A DNA stretch of 64,000 bases, from NCBI GenBank assembly GCA_963817955.1, contig CAWFQK010000004.1:224001-288000 (forward strand), given 5' to 3'. The DNA comes from an uncultured Gemmatimonadaceae bacterium. GTDB lineage: Bacteria; Gemmatimonadota; Gemmatimonadetes; Gemmatimonadales; Gemmatimonadaceae. Both the position numbers and the translations under genes were made by a program. The notes beneath the pieces are model-generated. The model saw only the letters and a program-made list of their open reading frames with translations. It did not search any database and had not been told where the DNA came from. Shown in pieces: positions 29,833 to 41,358 of this stretch. Every line of letters begins with the position of its first letter. Position 1 is the stretch's first letter.

Positions 29833-32488
29833 GGGCTGCGGCGAGGCGTGCGATTGGAACGCGGTAGGGAGAACATGATACGTAATCGAGGCCGATCGAG
29901 TGACAGAACTTCACAGAGCGCGGTTCGCCGCCATGTTCGCCGCAAATACCCACCTTCAATTGGGGGCGCACGCTCCGACCGGCAGATACCGCAATTCCAA
30001 TCAGCTTGCCAACACCGTTGCGATCAAGCACTTGGAACGGATCGTCGGGAAGTATACCACGATCTACGTAATTGGGTAGGAATCGGCCGGCATCGTCGCG
30101 ACTGAAACCAAATGTAGTCTGAGTTAAATCATTGGTGCCAAATGAAAAGAACTCCGCCTCCTGAGCGATCTCGTCCGCGGTCAGCGCGGCGCGAGGCAGC
30201 TCTATCATCGTGCCAATGGTATATGGCACGTCCTCTCCCATACCCCCGAGTACCTGATTCGCTACATCTTTCAAGATGGCCCGCTGGTGGTGGAACTCGG
30301 CCAGCGTGGACACCAGCGGCACCATGATCTCAGGACGGACATCCAGGCCTCTTCGTTTCGCCCGCACCGCGGCCTCGAAGATTGCCCGACCCTGCATCTC
30401 GGTGATTTCCGGGTAAGTAATACCCAAACGGCACCCGCGGTGCCCGAGCATCGGGTTGGTCTCGCGCAAAGACTCCACGATGCGGGACAGCTCAGCTCGC
30501 GGAATTCCGAGCGTTCGCGCCAAGAGCTTGCTTTCCTCGCCGCCGTGCGGCAGGAACTCGTGAAGTGGTGGGTCCAGCAGTCGGATATTGACCGGCAGCC
30601 CGTTCATCGCTTCGAAAATCCCCTCGAAATCGGCCCGTTGCATGGGGAGGAGCTTCGCGAGAGCGCGCCGCCGGCCCCCCTCATCGCGTGCAACGATCAT
30701 CTCGCGCATGGCCGTGATGCGATCGCCCTCGAAGAACATGTGTTCTGTACGGCAGAGGCCGATGCCCTCGGCGCCGAACGCCCGGGCAATGCGCGCGTCG
30801 TGCGGCGTGTCAGCGTTCGCGCGCACCTTGAGGCGGCGCAGGTCGTCCGCCCAATCCAGGACGCGAGCAAAGGTCTGGTAGGCGGGCGCGGACGCGGCGT
30901 CGCGCATCCCGCGAATGACCTGAACCACCTCGCTCGGCGTAGTCGGCAGGTCACCCTTGTATACGCGTCCGGTACCGCCGTCCAGGGTGATCCAATCGCC
31001 TTCCGCGATCACCGTATCTCCGACGTGGAAGCGCCTGTGCTCGAGATCGACCTCGATCTCCCTGCACCCGACGACAGCACATTTTCCCATGCCGCGCGCC
31101 ACGACAGCGGCGTGACTGGTCATGCCGCCGCGTGCCGTCAGGACGGCGCGCGCCGCGACAATCCCATGGAAGTCTTCCGGCGTCGTTTCATCACGAACCA
31201 GAATTACCTGGATGCCGCCGGCTGCACGCCGCTCGGCGGCGTCGGGATCGAAAACCGCTATACCGCTCGCCGCCCCCGGACTGGCAGGCAAACCTGTGCA
31301 CAGCGGAGTGGCGCGAACGCCACTATCAATGACCGGGTGCAGGAGCTGGTCGAGTTGCTCCGGCGCAACGCGCTGTACTGCCGTGTCCGTGGTGATGAGG
31401 CCTTCGTCCACCATGTCGGTGGCAATGCGGACAGCGGCCGCCGCCGTGCGTTTTCCCGTTCGCGTCTGCAGCAGAAAGAGTTGCCCGTGCTCGACGGTGA
31501 ACTCAATGTCTTGCATGTCGTGGTAGTGCTTCTCGAGGCGTTCCTCCGTTTGCCGCAGTTCCTTGTAGGATTCGGGCAGAAGATCCGCCATCTCCTCGAT
31601 GCTGAACGGCGTGCGAATGCCGGCGACAACGTCCTCTCCCTGTGCGTTGATGAGGAACTCGCCGTAGAACTTCCGCTCGCCGGTGGATGGATTCCGCGTG
31701 AACGCCACGCCGGTGCCAGAGTCAGCGCCAAGATTCCCGAACACCATTGAGACGATGTTGACGCCGGTGCCAAGATCCTCGGGAATGCTGTTCACGCGGC
31801 GATAATCCACCGCCTTCTTCAGCGTCCACGAGCGCCATACCGCCTCAATCGCGCCCCACAGCTGCGTCGTCGGGTCTATCGGGAAATCGGCGCCGGTAGC
31901 GCTGCGGACGAGCGACTTGTACTCCTCGACCAGATTGCGCAATACTCCCTCGTCCAGCTCCGCGTCAGTCTTCACGCCGGCCATGAGCCGTTTGGCGGAG
32001 AGTAGTTGCTCGAACTGCGCAAACGGGACGCCGAGCACGACGTCGCCGTACATCTGGATGAAGCGGCGGTAGGAATCGTACGCGAACCGTGGGTTGCCAC
32101 TGGCGCGCGCCAGGCCCTGAACGCTGCGATCGTTCAGCCCAAGGTTGAGGATGGTCTCCATCATCCCAGGCATCGAAACGGGCGCCCCGGACCGCACGGA
32201 CACGAGCAGCGGATCACTCGTGTCGCCGAAACGCTTGCCAGTCACCCGCTCGAGGTGATCGAGTTCTTGGTGCACTTCGGCGCGCACGTCGTCCGGGATC
32301 GTTCGATCCTTCAGATACGCGACACAGATTGGCGCAGCAATTGTGAACCCCGGGGGGACGGGCACTCCTAGGTTCGTCATCTCGGCGAGGTTTGCACCCT
32401 TTCCGCCGAGGATCGCCTTCATGTCCTTGGTGCCTTCGGCTCGTCCGTCGCCAAAGAAGTAGACAGACTTGTTCGAACGCTCGGTCAC
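29786..32488 (-). CDS. ppdK: Pyruvate, phosphate dikinase
   Basis: LGGKGANLAEM, GGMTSHAAVVAR phospho-His, GLCRTEHMF, SFGTNDLTQ and GICGEHGG motifs. Confidence 0.98.
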   Translation of the reverse strand: MTERSNKSVYFFGDGRAEGTKDMKAILGGKGANLAEMTNLGVPVPPGFTIAAPICVAYLKDRTIPDDVRAEVHQELDHLERVTGKRFGDTSDPLLVSVRSGAPVSMPGMMETILNLGLNDRSVQGLARASGNPRFAYDSYRRFIQMYGDVVLGVPFAQFEQLLSAKRLMAGVKTDAELDEGVLRNLVEEYKSLVRSATGADFPIDPTTQLWGAIEAVWRSWTLKKAVDYRRVNSIPEDLGTGVNIVSMVFGNLGADSGTGVAFTRNPSTGERKFYGEFLINAQGEDVVAGIRTPFSIEEMADLLPESYKELRQTEERLEKHYHDMQDIEFTVEHGQLFLLQTRTGKRTAAAAVRIATDMVDEGLITTDTAVQRVAPEQLDQLLHPVIDSGVRATPLCTGLPASPGAASGIAVFDPDAAERRAAGGIQVILVRDETTPEDFHGIVAARAVLTARGGMTSHAAVVARGMGKCAVVGCREIEVDLEHRRFHVGDTVIAEGDWITLDGGTGRVYKGDLPTTPSEVVQVIRGMRDAASAPAYQTFARVLDWADDLRRLKVRANADTPHDARIARAFGAEGIGLCRTEHMFFEGDRITAMREMIVARDEGGRRRALAKLLPMQRADFEGIFEAMNGLPVNIRLLDPPLHEFLPHGGEESKLLARTLGIPRAELSRIVESLRETNPMLGHRGCRLGITYPEITEMQGRAIFEAAVRAKRRGLDVRPEIMVPLVSTLAEFHHQRAILKDVANQVLGGMGEDVPYTIGTMIELPRAALTADEIAQEAEFFSFGTNDLTQTTFGFSRDDAGRFLPNYVDRGILPDDPFQVLDRNGVGKLIGIAVSAGRSVRPQLKVGICGEHGGEPRSVKFCHSIGLDYVSCSPYRVPIARLAAAHAALESSVSDKARTS

Positions 32489-32586
32489 AGGCGGTTCGTT
32501 GTCAAAGCCTACCAAGTCGCTGGTTTGAGGAGTACTGGTCAACAAACCCTCTCACGTGAGTGCAATGATCGGATACGCGACTGTCA

Positions 32587-33966
32587 TCAACAGCCGCAGC
32601 CGAAACGTAATTTGTCGGGATCCGTGGGCGGCGGAGTAGGGTAATCGCCGGAAAAACATGCGTGGCAAAACCCCTCCGGGCCAAGGGGCACCGATTGGAG
32701 CATGCCATCCAGGGAGATGTAGCCCAGACTGTCTACGCCAAGGTGCGCCGCGATTTCGGGGACCGTGTTGTTGGCTGCGATGAGTTCCTCGCGCGACGGC
32801 GTATCGATGCCATAGTAGCATGGACCGGTCACGGGCGGAGAGCTTACGCGCATATGAACCTCGCGAGCGCCGGCGGCGCGGACGAGTGCGACCAATCCGC
32901 GCGTGGTGGTGCCGCGAACAATGGAATCGTCGACCATGACGACGCTCTTGCCGGCAAGCACCTCGCGAACCGGGTTGTACTTCACTTTCACTTTGGCGTC
33001 GCGCCCGGCTTGCGTCGGTTGGATGAACGTGCGCCCAACGTAGTGATTGCGAATAAGCGCCAGCTCGTACGGGAGTCCGCTCGCCTCGGCAAAACCGAGG
33101 GCCGCGGAGTTCGAAGAGTCCGGTACGCTGAACACGAGTTCGGCAGACGGGGCAGGGTGCTCCTGGGCAAGGCGGTGTCCAAGGGCGCGCCGCGCCCGAT
33201 CGACCGAGCCGCCGAACACACGACTGTCGGGCCGTGCGAAGTACACGTACTCGAAGACGCAGCGCCGCAGCTCCTTCTTCTCAAGGGGGAATATCGACTG
33301 CACCCCCTCGGCGTTCACCGATACGATCTCGCCGGGTTCGACGTCGCGTTCGGTCGTGGCGCCGACGATGTCGAGTGCACACGTCTCCGACGCAAACACG
33401 ATTGAGTTTCCAAGACGGCCCATGGCGAGCGGCCGCCAGCCGCGCGGGTCGCGCGCCGCGAGAATCGTATCGCCCATGGCAACGACCAGACTAAATGCGC
33501 CTTCGACTCCCTGGAGCGCATCGGCGAGTCGGGCCGCCGGCTTGGGCGCGTTCGAGCGCGCCAGGCGATGCACGATCACTTCCGAATCGATCGTCGAGCC
33601 GAAGATCGAGCCGAGCTCCTCGAGCTCCATCCGCAATTCTGCCGCGTTCGTGATGTTGCCGTTGTGCGCGAGCGCGATGTAGCCGCCCTTGGACCGGGCG
33701 ACGACAGGCTGCGCGTTCTCGATCGTCGAGGACCCGGACGTGCTGTATCGGGTGTGCCCGACGGCGCTGACCCCTGGGATCTTCGCCAGTTCTTGGGCCA
33801 GCGCGTCAGTCAGCGTGCCCATGTTGCGCACCGCGCGCGCGTTGCCAGCCGCATCGATGGAGACGACGCCGACTGACTCCTGGCCCCGGTGCTGCAGAGA
33901 ATACAGGCCGAGCTGCGCGAGCTGCGCTGCGTCAGGATGGCCGTGAACGCCGAATATTCCGCACAT
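32587..33966 (-). CDS. purF: Amidophosphoribosyltransferase
   Basis: MCGIFG N-terminal Cys, QHRGQES, HNGN and VDDSIVRGTT motifs. Confidence 0.98.
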   Translation of the reverse strand: MCGIFGVHGHPDAAQLAQLGLYSLQHRGQESVGVVSIDAAGNARAVRNMGTLTDALAQELAKIPGVSAVGHTRYSTSGSSTIENAQPVVARSKGGYIALAHNGNITNAAELRMELEELGSIFGSTIDSEVIVHRLARSNAPKPAARLADALQGVEGAFSLVVAMGDTILAARDPRGWRPLAMGRLGNSIVFASETCALDIVGATTERDVEPGEIVSVNAEGVQSIFPLEKKELRRCVFEYVYFARPDSRVFGGSVDRARRALGHRLAQEHPAPSAELVFSVPDSSNSAALGFAEASGLPYELALIRNHYVGRTFIQPTQAGRDAKVKVKYNPVREVLAGKSVVMVDDSIVRGTTTRGLVALVRAAGAREVHMRVSSPPVTGPCYYGIDTPSREELIAANNTVPEIAAHLGVDSLGYISLDGMLQSVPLGPEGFCHACFSGDYPTPPPTDPDKLRFGCGC

Positions 33967-34011
33967 GAAAAATAGTTGCTCGTCGGTAACGGACAGAGAA
34001 CCGCTATACCA

Positions 34012-36311
34012 CTATTGGGATAGCGCGGCCTGGGCCATGATTCGCGGAATGGCTTCGTGGTAGGCCGTGTCGAGGCGGTCGAGGGGTGCCGCGAACCGCA
34101 GGCTTGCTGTCGTAATCTGCAAGGGTGCCGCAAGCGCGCCCACTCGACCAATGCTCCGCGCTGGCACGTTGTGCTTCCGCGCAATGCTGAGCACGGTGTC
34201 GGGCATGGCCGTAGAGACGATCACCCGTCCCTGCGCCTCTCCGAACAGCAGCGCCCGGTCGGCTAGCTCGTGCCAGACCGACAGATCTACCGTCGCGCCG
34301 CGCGGTGCGACGCGATCCATCACGCAACACTCGGCAAGCGCCACCGCGAGTCCGCCATCCGCGCAATCGTGCGCCGAACGCACGACGCCCCCTTGAATGG
34401 ATTCGAGCACTGCGCCGATGAGCGCACGCTCGGTCTCGAGATCGCAAGCGGGCGGTGCGCCTGCGACACGTTCCGTGAATGCGCGCGAGATACTCGCTGC
34501 CGCCCGACTTCTCCGTGGGTTCGCCGAGCAGGATGATGGTGTCGTGCTCGCACCTCGGAGAATGCGGAGCGGGTGATGTGCGCAACCGCTTCGATCAGAC
34601 CCACCATGCCGATCGACGGCGTCGGGTACACGGCGCCCGATGGGTTCTCATTGTACAACGAGACGTTGCCGCCGGTGACCGGCGTTCCGAGCGCGTGGCA
34701 GGCTTCGCCCATTCCGGCGACGGCTTCGCGAAGCTGGAAGTAGACTTCGGGCGGCTTCGGATTGCCGAAGTTCAGGTTGTTCGTGATCGCCATCGGCCGC
34801 GCGCCCGTACACGCCACGTTGCGCGCCGCCTCGCCGACCGCGATGCGCGCGCCGACGCGCGGGTCGAGGTACACGTACCGCCCGTTGCAGTCGGTCTTGA
34901 GCGCGAGTGGCCTCGTCCGTGCCGCGAATGCGAAGGACGGCCGCGTCGCCGCCAGGGCCGATCACCGTGTTGGTGCGCACCGTGTGATCGTACTGCCGAT
35001 AGACCCAGCGTCTTGCTCGCGATCGTCGGCGACGCAGCAGCTGCTCCAGCGTCCAGAGTGGATCCGGCTCCTCCGGACGTTCGCGCGATCGTCATGCACG
35101 TCAGTCGGTACGGCAGTCGCGCGAGTCTCGGCGCTCTCACGCGCCTCCGGCGCGTACAGTCGGACAGTCCGTGACGAGCCGGATGCCCGGGAACTCGGCA
35201 ACGACGCGGTCGCCTTCGGTCACGCGATACACCGGCTCGGCGATCACCTCGCCGATAACGGCCGCAGTGAGGTCCCACTTCTCGAGAATGGCACGGACGT
35301 CGATCCTCGCGGCCCAGCTCTGGCGACGACGAGCATGCGCTCCTGCGATTCGCTGAGCAGGATCTCGTACGGCGTCATCCCCGCTTCGCGCACGGGGACC
35401 TTGAGCGTGTCGATCGTGACGCCGACGTCGCCCCGCGCGGCCATCTCGGCGAGGACGAAGACGTCAGTCCAGCCGCGCCCATGTCCTGAATGGCAACGAT
35501 GTGCGCCGCTGCGAATGAGCTCGAGGCTCGCTTCGAGGAGCAGCTTCTCCGTGAAGGGGTCGCCAACCTGGACGCGTGGGCGCTTGGCCTCGCTCTGCGC
35601 GGAAAGATCCTCCGATGCGAATGAGGCTCCGTGAATGCCGTCGCGTCCCGTGCGCGCACCGACCGCGATGATCGGGTTGCCGACTCCCTGCGCAACGGCG
35701 CGAATGAGCTCCTCTTCGTGCAGGAGCCCGACGCACATCGCGTTGACGAGCGGATTGCCCTCGTAGGCCGGATCGAACGCGATCTCGCCCGCAACCGTCG
35801 GTATGCCGACGCAGTTGCCATAGTCGCCAATGCCTTTCACTACACCGGCAAACAGATATCGGACACGCGCCGAGTCCAGCGACCCGAACCGTAGTGAATT
35901 GAGAAGCGCGATCGGACGGGCACCCATCGTGAAGACATCGCGCAGGATGCCGCCAACGCCCGTCGCTGCGCCCTGGTACGGCTCGACGGCCGACGGATGA
36001 TTGTGCGACTCGATCTTGAACGCGACGGCCAGGCCGTCGCCGATCGAGATGACGCCGGCGTTTTCGCCGGGCCCCTGCAGCACGTACGGCGCCGTGGTGG
36101 GCAGCGTCTTGAGTAGCGGCCGCGAGTGCTTGTACGAGCAATGCTCGCTCCACAGCGCGCTGACGATGCCGAACTCCGTGAACGTCGGCTCGCGGCCCAG
36201 CATGTCGATCAACCGCTCATATTCTTCATTCGTCAAGCCATGCTCGGCGATCAACGCTGGTGTGATCAGCGGATCACCGGGCCGACCCTCGACGCTCGTC
36301 TGCCGTTGCAT
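34012..36311 (-). pseudogene. purL: FGAM synthase subunit PurL split by many frameshifts (probably sequence error)
   Basis: [49 protein letters not shown] and SAHDCADGG motifs are spread over several reading frames. Confidence 0.9.
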
Positions 36312-36314
36312 GCG

Positions 36315-37007
36315 CTACACTCCTACCCGGGCGAGCATGGACTCGAAAAGGGCAAGTCCGTCGTCGGACCCCAGCAGGGCATCCACCGCGCGCTCGGGAT
36401 GCGGCATCATGCCCAGCACGTTTCCGGCTTCGTTGACCACGCCGGCAATGGCGCGCATCGAGCCGTTGGGACTCCACCACTCGTCGGCGTCACCCGGACC
36501 GCCGACGTAGCGAAACACCACGCGCCCTTCGCCTTCGAGTCTATCGAGCGTTGCTTCGTCCGCGGTGTAACGGCCGTCACCATGCGCGATCGGAACCCGG
36601 ATGATCGCGCCACGATCGTATCGGTTCGTGAACATCGTGTCAGTGGATTCCACGCGCAGGCGCACGAACTCAGAGACGAACTTGAGACTCGCGTTGCGTA
36701 GCAGTGCGCCAGGCAGCAACCCGGCCTCACAGGCGATCTGAAATCCGTTGCAGATTCCGAGTACCGGGCCGCCGCGATGGGCGAACGCGATCACGTCCTG
36801 CATGACGGGACTAAAGCGCGCGATGGCACCCGCCCGCAGATAATCGCCGTAACTGAAGCCGCCAGGGAGCACGATCACGTCGCTCTCCTTCAGGTCGTGG
36901 TCCTTGTGCCAGAGGTACACGGCCTTCTCGCCGAGCGCCTCAACCACCGCCTGATAGGCGTCATAGTCGCAGTTGGAGCCCGGAAAGGTGACGATGCCGA
37001 ACTTCAT
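36315..37007 (-). CDS. purQ: FGAM synthase glutaminase subunit PurQ
   Basis: [23 protein letters not shown] and GMMPHPER motifs. Confidence 0.97.
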   Translation of the reverse strand: MKFGIVTFPGSNCDYDAYQAVVEALGEKAVYLWHKDHDLKESDVIVLPGGFSYGDYLRAGAIARFSPVMQDVIAFAHRGGPVLGICNGFQIACEAGLLPGALLRNASLKFVSEFVRLRVESTDTMFTNRYDRGAIIRVPIAHGDGRYTADEATLDRLEGEGRVVFRYVGGPGDADEWWSPNGSMRAIAGVVNEAGNVLGMMPHPERAVDALLGSDDGLALFESMLARVGV

Positions 37008-37261
37008 GACGCTACCACACTCGCGATCTCGAAGTCCTCAACTACCGGATTCGCCAGCAGCCGCTCGCACATCTCGCGCGTCGATTGCTCGGCGGCGTTC
37101 TGATCGGCCGCGTCCAGTTCCACGACGACGTGTCGTCCGACATGAACGTCATGTACAGACGAAAAGCCTAGGCTGTGGAGTGCGTCGGCAACCGTGCGTC
37201 CTTGAGGATCAAGCACGCCGCGGCGCGGCGTGATGTGAACGGCAATGCGATATCGGTTCAT
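37004..37261 (-). CDS. purS: FGAM synthase subunit PurS
   Basis: VLDPQG and [11 protein letters not shown] motifs. Confidence 0.95.
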   Translation of the reverse strand: MNRYRIAVHITPRRGVLDPQGRTVADALHSLGFSSVHDVHVGRHVVVELDAADQNAAEQSTREMCERLLANPVVEDFEIASVVAS

Positions 37262-38352
37262 TCAGCGGAGCCTGTAGGCGTATCGGGGAGTGTGGGACCG
37301 GGCAGGATGCTACCTGGCGGACGATTGCCGCCGCGCGGACCGCGGCGGCGGCGTTTACGACGCGCCGGTGGCGCGCCTTCCTCGGGATGTCGCTCCTCGG
37401 GCGCCCGGTCGGCCGGCGCGCGCTCAGCGGGACGACGCTCTTCGCGACGCACATCAGACGGAGCTACAGGGGCTGGCGAGGGGAACGCATTGCGCGCCGG
37501 CGGAAGACGTCGCTCCTCATCCGAGCCGACGCCCTCAGCTTCTTCTTCCCAGAAGATCTCACCGGGTGTCGCCGAACGGCCGACGAAGCCAATGATCACC
37601 CACTTGACCGCGCCATAGAGCACGTATGCAAGGAGCGCCGGAAAAATGAACTCTTCGCGACGCACGAGCAGGAGCACCAAGCATCCCGTCACCACGAGCG
37701 TCCCGATGATCTTCTTGATACTGGTGAATCCGATCGACGGCACGGCGGGGTAGGGCACGTCGCTGATCATCAGTGCGGCGAGAACCGCCATGAGGCCGCG
37801 CAAGATCACGTGCCACGGGAGGTCCGACAGCGTCTTGCTGTCGGTGAACAAGATAACCGTTTGGTTGTACAGCGGCGTCTGGCTGAACCAATAATATGTG
37901 GCAAGGGTGAGACCGGCTGCGGGGCTGGGCAGTCCGTGGAAATGCGCCTTCTTGCGTCCCGCCTGCTCGACGTTGAAGCGCGCCAATCGCATCACGGCGC
38001 ATGAAGTGAAAATGAAGACGAGCAACCAGCTCCACGCGCCCTTGTCCGGCAATTCCAGATACATGATGAGCGCCGGCGCGAATCCGAACGAAATGGCGTC
38101 GACTAACGAGTCCAGCTCTTCGCCGAACCGGCTACCGGTGCCGGTAGCGCGCGCCACGCGTCCGTCGAGCGCATCAGCGACGCCGCCCAGAACAATGAAT
38201 GCCGGCGCGGCGCTGAGGTCGCCCCGAATTGCGAGAACGATGGCATAGACACCGCAGAACAGATTGAACAGCGTCAATCCGTTCGGCATGAGGACTACGG
38301 CGCGCCGTACGGCTTGGTGTCGGGGAATACTGCGACGTGTGCTCGGCTTCAT
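37258..38352 (-). CDS. pssA: CDP-diacylglycerol--serine O-phosphatidyltransferase with disordered C-terminal extension
   Basis: CDP-alcohol motif DALDGRVAR...GEELDSLVDAISFG, RLARFN and FHGLPSP. Adjacent to psd. Confidence 0.9.
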   Translation of the reverse strand: MKPSTRRSIPRHQAVRRAVVLMPNGLTLFNLFCGVYAIVLAIRGDLSAAPAFIVLGGVADALDGRVARATGTGSRFGEELDSLVDAISFGFAPALIMYLELPDKGAWSWLLVFIFTSCAVMRLARFNVEQAGRKKAHFHGLPSPAAGLTLATYYWFSQTPLYNQTVILFTDSKTLSDLPWHVILRGLMAVLAALMISDVPYPAVPSIGFTSIKKIIGTLVVTGCLVLLLVRREEFIFPALLAYVLYGAVKWVIIGFVGRSATPGEIFWEEEAEGVGSDEERRLPPARNAFPSPAPVAPSDVRREERRPAERAPADRAPEERHPEEGAPPARRKRRRRGPRGGNRPPGSILPGPTLPDTPTGSAE

Positions 38353-39002
38353 TTGCCGGTCAGCTCTGCGATCACAGTCTGACCCGCGAACGTGGCATCG
38401 CCGATTCCTACGCGCATCGGCGAACCTACCGGCAGGAAGACGTCGACGCGGGACCCGAAGCGTATCAGTCCCATGCGCTCACCCTGGCGAACGTGTTCGC
38501 CATCCTTGGAGTCAGTAACAATGCGCCGCGCGATGAGTCCGGCAATCTGCCGCACGAGGACACGGGCTTTGCCCGTCTCAATGCCGACCGAGGACTGCTC
38601 ATTTTGCATGCTCGACTCTTCCAACGCTGCGTTGAGAAAGCGGCCAGCTTTGCGCTCGACATAATGCACGGTGCCGCTGACGGGATACCGGTTCACGTGC
38701 ACGTTGAACACGTTCATGAAGATGGAGACGCGTACTGCGCGGGCCTTCATGAACGTCGGCTCGTCGACCTCAGTGATCATCACAACCTTGCCGTCGGCCG
38801 GTGAGATGACGATGCGCTCGCCGCGCTCGCCGGTCCGCACTGGGTCGCGAAAGAAGTACGCGACCCAGAGCGCCACCACCAACAGCCCGAAAGCGAACAG
38901 CCAGAGTGGCCAGGAACGGCGACTGAGTGCCACCCCGAACGCACCGGCGGCGACGATCGCCGCGATCACAATGAAACTCAATCCTTCTCGTGCGAAGTTC
39001 AC
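38349..39002 (-). CDS. psd: Phosphatidylserine decarboxylase proenzyme
   Basis: [22 protein letters not shown] and FGSRVD self-cleavage motif. Confidence 0.94.
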   Translation of the reverse strand: MNFAREGLSFIVIAAIVAAGAFGVALSRRSWPLWLFAFGLLVVALWVAYFFRDPVRTGERGERIVISPADGKVVMITEVDEPTFMKARAVRVSIFMNVFNVHVNRYPVSGTVHYVERKAGRFLNAALEESSMQNEQSSVGIETGKARVLVRQIAGLIARRIVTDSKDGEHVRQGERMGLIRFGSRVDVFLPVGSPMRVGIGDATFAGQTVIAELTGK

Positions 39003-39925
39003 GATAGCTCCGTGATATCGAGCTCGGTGCCAGTGATGCGAAGAAATGCATCTCGGTAGCGCACGCTCGTCGCCTGGATGACCGACGCTGGGAGTTGCGG
39101 CGGGGGTGCCTCGCCGTTCCAGCGGCCGGCGCAACGCTCGTTGTCGAGATAGTCACGCAATGGCTGCTTGTCGAAGCTAGGCTGAGAACGGCCTGGCTGA
39201 TAATGCTCGGCAGGCCAGAAGCGCGAACTGTCCGGCGTGAGGACCTCATCAATGAGAGTGATCGCCCCATGGCGATCGCGGCCGAACTCGAATTTCGTAT
39301 CGGCAATAATGATCCCACGCTCCGCGGCAACGGCGCGCCCGCGTTCGTACACGAGCCGACTCAATCGCTCCAACTCCGCCGCAACATCGGCCCCCACGGC
39401 TTCAGCAACGCGCGCCGCCGTGATGTTCTCGTCATGGCCCGTCTCAGCCTTCGTGGCCGGACTGAAGAGCGGAGGATCGAGACGCTCACTCTCCCGCAGC
39501 CCCGGCGGAAGCGATTCACCCGCCAACGTGCCCGCAGCGCGGTATTCCTTCCACGCCGAGCCAGACAAGTACCCGCGAATCACGCACTCGATCGGGAATA
39601 CCTCGGTGCGCATACAGAGCATTGCGCGACCAGCCAGCTGGCCCCGGTGAGGACGTAGCGCAGGAACGGCGGCGACGATCTCATCCACGTCGGCTGAGAG
39701 CATGTGGTGGTGCACATCAGCCTCGAGCTGTCGAAGCCACCAAGCAGTAATCTGCGTGAGCACGGCTCCCTTGTACGGAATCGGCTCCGCCATCACTACG
39801 TCGAACGCGCTGACACGATCGGTGGCGACGAGCAGCAGACGGTCGTCGTCCACGGCGTAGACTTCGCGCACTTTGCCGCGACGAACATGTTGGAGCGGGA
39901 GCGGCTTCAGTTCCACGATCGTCAT
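38999..39925 (-). CDS. purC: SAICAR synthetase
   Basis: [23 protein letters not shown] and [12 protein letters not shown] motifs. Confidence 0.97.
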   Translation of the reverse strand: MTIVELKPLPLQHVRRGKVREVYAVDDDRLLLVATDRVSAFDVVMAEPIPYKGAVLTQITAWWLRQLEADVHHHMLSADVDEIVAAVPALRPHRGQLAGRAMLCMRTEVFPIECVIRGYLSGSAWKEYRAAGTLAGESLPPGLRESERLDPPLFSPATKAETGHDENITAARVAEAVGADVAAELERLSRLVYERGRAVAAERGIIIADTKFEFGRDRHGAITLIDEVLTPDSSRFWPAEHYQPGRSQPSFDKQPLRDYLDNERCAGRWNGEAPPPQLPASVIQATSVRYRDAFLRITGTELDITELS

Positions 39926-41358
39926 ACGCGGATCTCTTCGCGCACGTCCTCGCCGCGCGAATGACCGGCGAGCAGCGGTTCAACGATCGTCTCGAGGAAC
40001 TCGTCCACTTGCTCGGGTGCGCGCCCAACAAACCGGTCGGCACGCAGCGCCGATTCCAGATCCGCGATCGGTACACCGAACGCCGGATCCGCAGCCAGCC
40101 GATCGAGCATGTCGTTCCGCTCCGCCCCGTTCTTGAGTGCGCGCGCCGCTTCAATGCTGTGTTGGCGAATACGTTCGTGTGCCACTTGGCGGTCGCCGCC
40201 AGCGCGGACGGCACGCACGATCAGCTCCTCCGTCGCCATGAACGGCAATTCCTCCTGCAGTCGCCGACGAATCCGCGCTGGATGTACCTCCAAGCCACTG
40301 ACGACGTTCTCCATGATGACAAGAATAGCGTCGGTCGCGAGGAAGCTCTCCGGAATGACGAGACGGCGGTTCGCACTGTCGTCCAGCGTGCGCTCGAAGA
40401 ACTGGACGCCGTGCGTGAGATTGGCGTTCGGCTCGAGCGTGACGACGAAGCGCGCCAACGAGGCGATGCGCTCGCACCGCATGGGATTGCGCTTGTAAGC
40501 CATGGCCGACGAGCCGATCTGCTCGGCCTCGAATGGCTCCTCGATTTCACCGACGGATTGCAGCACACGCAGATCGCCGCTGAACTTCATTGCGCTTGAT
40601 GCGACGCCGGCAACGGCGCCGAGGACCTGGGCGTCGAGCTTGCGCGAGTAGGTCTGTCCCGAGACGGGAATCGACGAGGCAAAACCGATCTTGCCTGCCA
40701 CGCGGAGTGCGAGCTCACGTACCTTGGCGTGATCACCGCCAAAGATCTCGAGAAAGCTCGCCTGCGTGCCGGTCGTCCCCTTCACCCCGCGACATGGCAG
40801 GGTGGCGATGCGATGATCGAGATCGGCGAGATCGAGCAGCAGATCCTGCATCCAGAGCGTCGCGCGCTTCCCGACAGTCGTTGGTTGTGCGGGCTGCAGA
40901 TGCGTCGAACCGAGCGTCGGCTCGGCGCGCCACTCGCGCGCGAAGGTTGCCAATGCGCGTAGCACGCGCACGATCTTTCCACGCAGCAACTCCATGCCGC
41001 GGCGCATGAGGATCAGATCGGCGTTGTCCGTGACGTAGGCGCTGGTCGCGCCATAGTGGATGTATCCGCGAGCCGCTGGTGCCACGTCGCCGAACGCGTG
41101 CACATGCGCCATGACATCGTGTCGGAACCGTCGCTCGTATGCGGCCACCACGTCAAAGTCGATGTCCTCGAGGTGGGCGCGCATCTGAACCAGCGCTTCT
41201 TCCGGAATGGGAACACCCAACTCCTGCTCCGCTTCGGCGAGCGCCAACCAGAGCTGACGCCACAGGCCGTGACGCATGGCGGGCGACCACAGCTCCAGCA
41301 TCGCTCTGGATGAGTACCGTTCCGCGAGGGGCGACGAATACCGACTGTGGGCGGTCAT
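39922..41358 (-). CDS. purB: Adenylosuccinate lyase
   Basis: HDVMAH, THLQPAQ and [11 protein letters not shown] motifs. Confidence 0.96.
   Translation of the reverse strand: MTAHSRYSSPLAERYSSRAMLELWSPAMRHGLWRQLWLALAEAEQELGVPIPEEALVQMRAHLEDIDFDVVAAYERRFRHDVMAHVHAFGDVAPAARGYIHYGATSAYVTDNADLILMRRGMELLRGKIVRVLRALATFAREWRAEPTLGSTHLQPAQPTTVGKRATLWMQDLLLDLADLDHRIATLPCRGVKGTTGTQASFLEIFGGDHAKVRELALRVAGKIGFASSIPVSGQTYSRKLDAQVLGAVAGVASSAMKFSGDLRVLQSVGEIEEPFEAEQIGSSAMAYKRNPMRCERIASLARFVVTLEPNANLTHGVQFFERTLDDSANRRLVIPESFLATDAILVIMENVVSGLEVHPARIRRRLQEELPFMATEELIVRAVRAGGDRQVAHERIRQHSIEAARALKNGAERNDMLDRLAADPAFGVPIADLESALRADRFVGRAPEQVDEFLETIVEPLLAGHSRGEDVREEIRV

Noticed and set aside
34012..36311. Programmed frameshifting in purL
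   Set aside because: Too many irregular indels and no slippery or stimulatory signals. Sequence error is more parsimonious.
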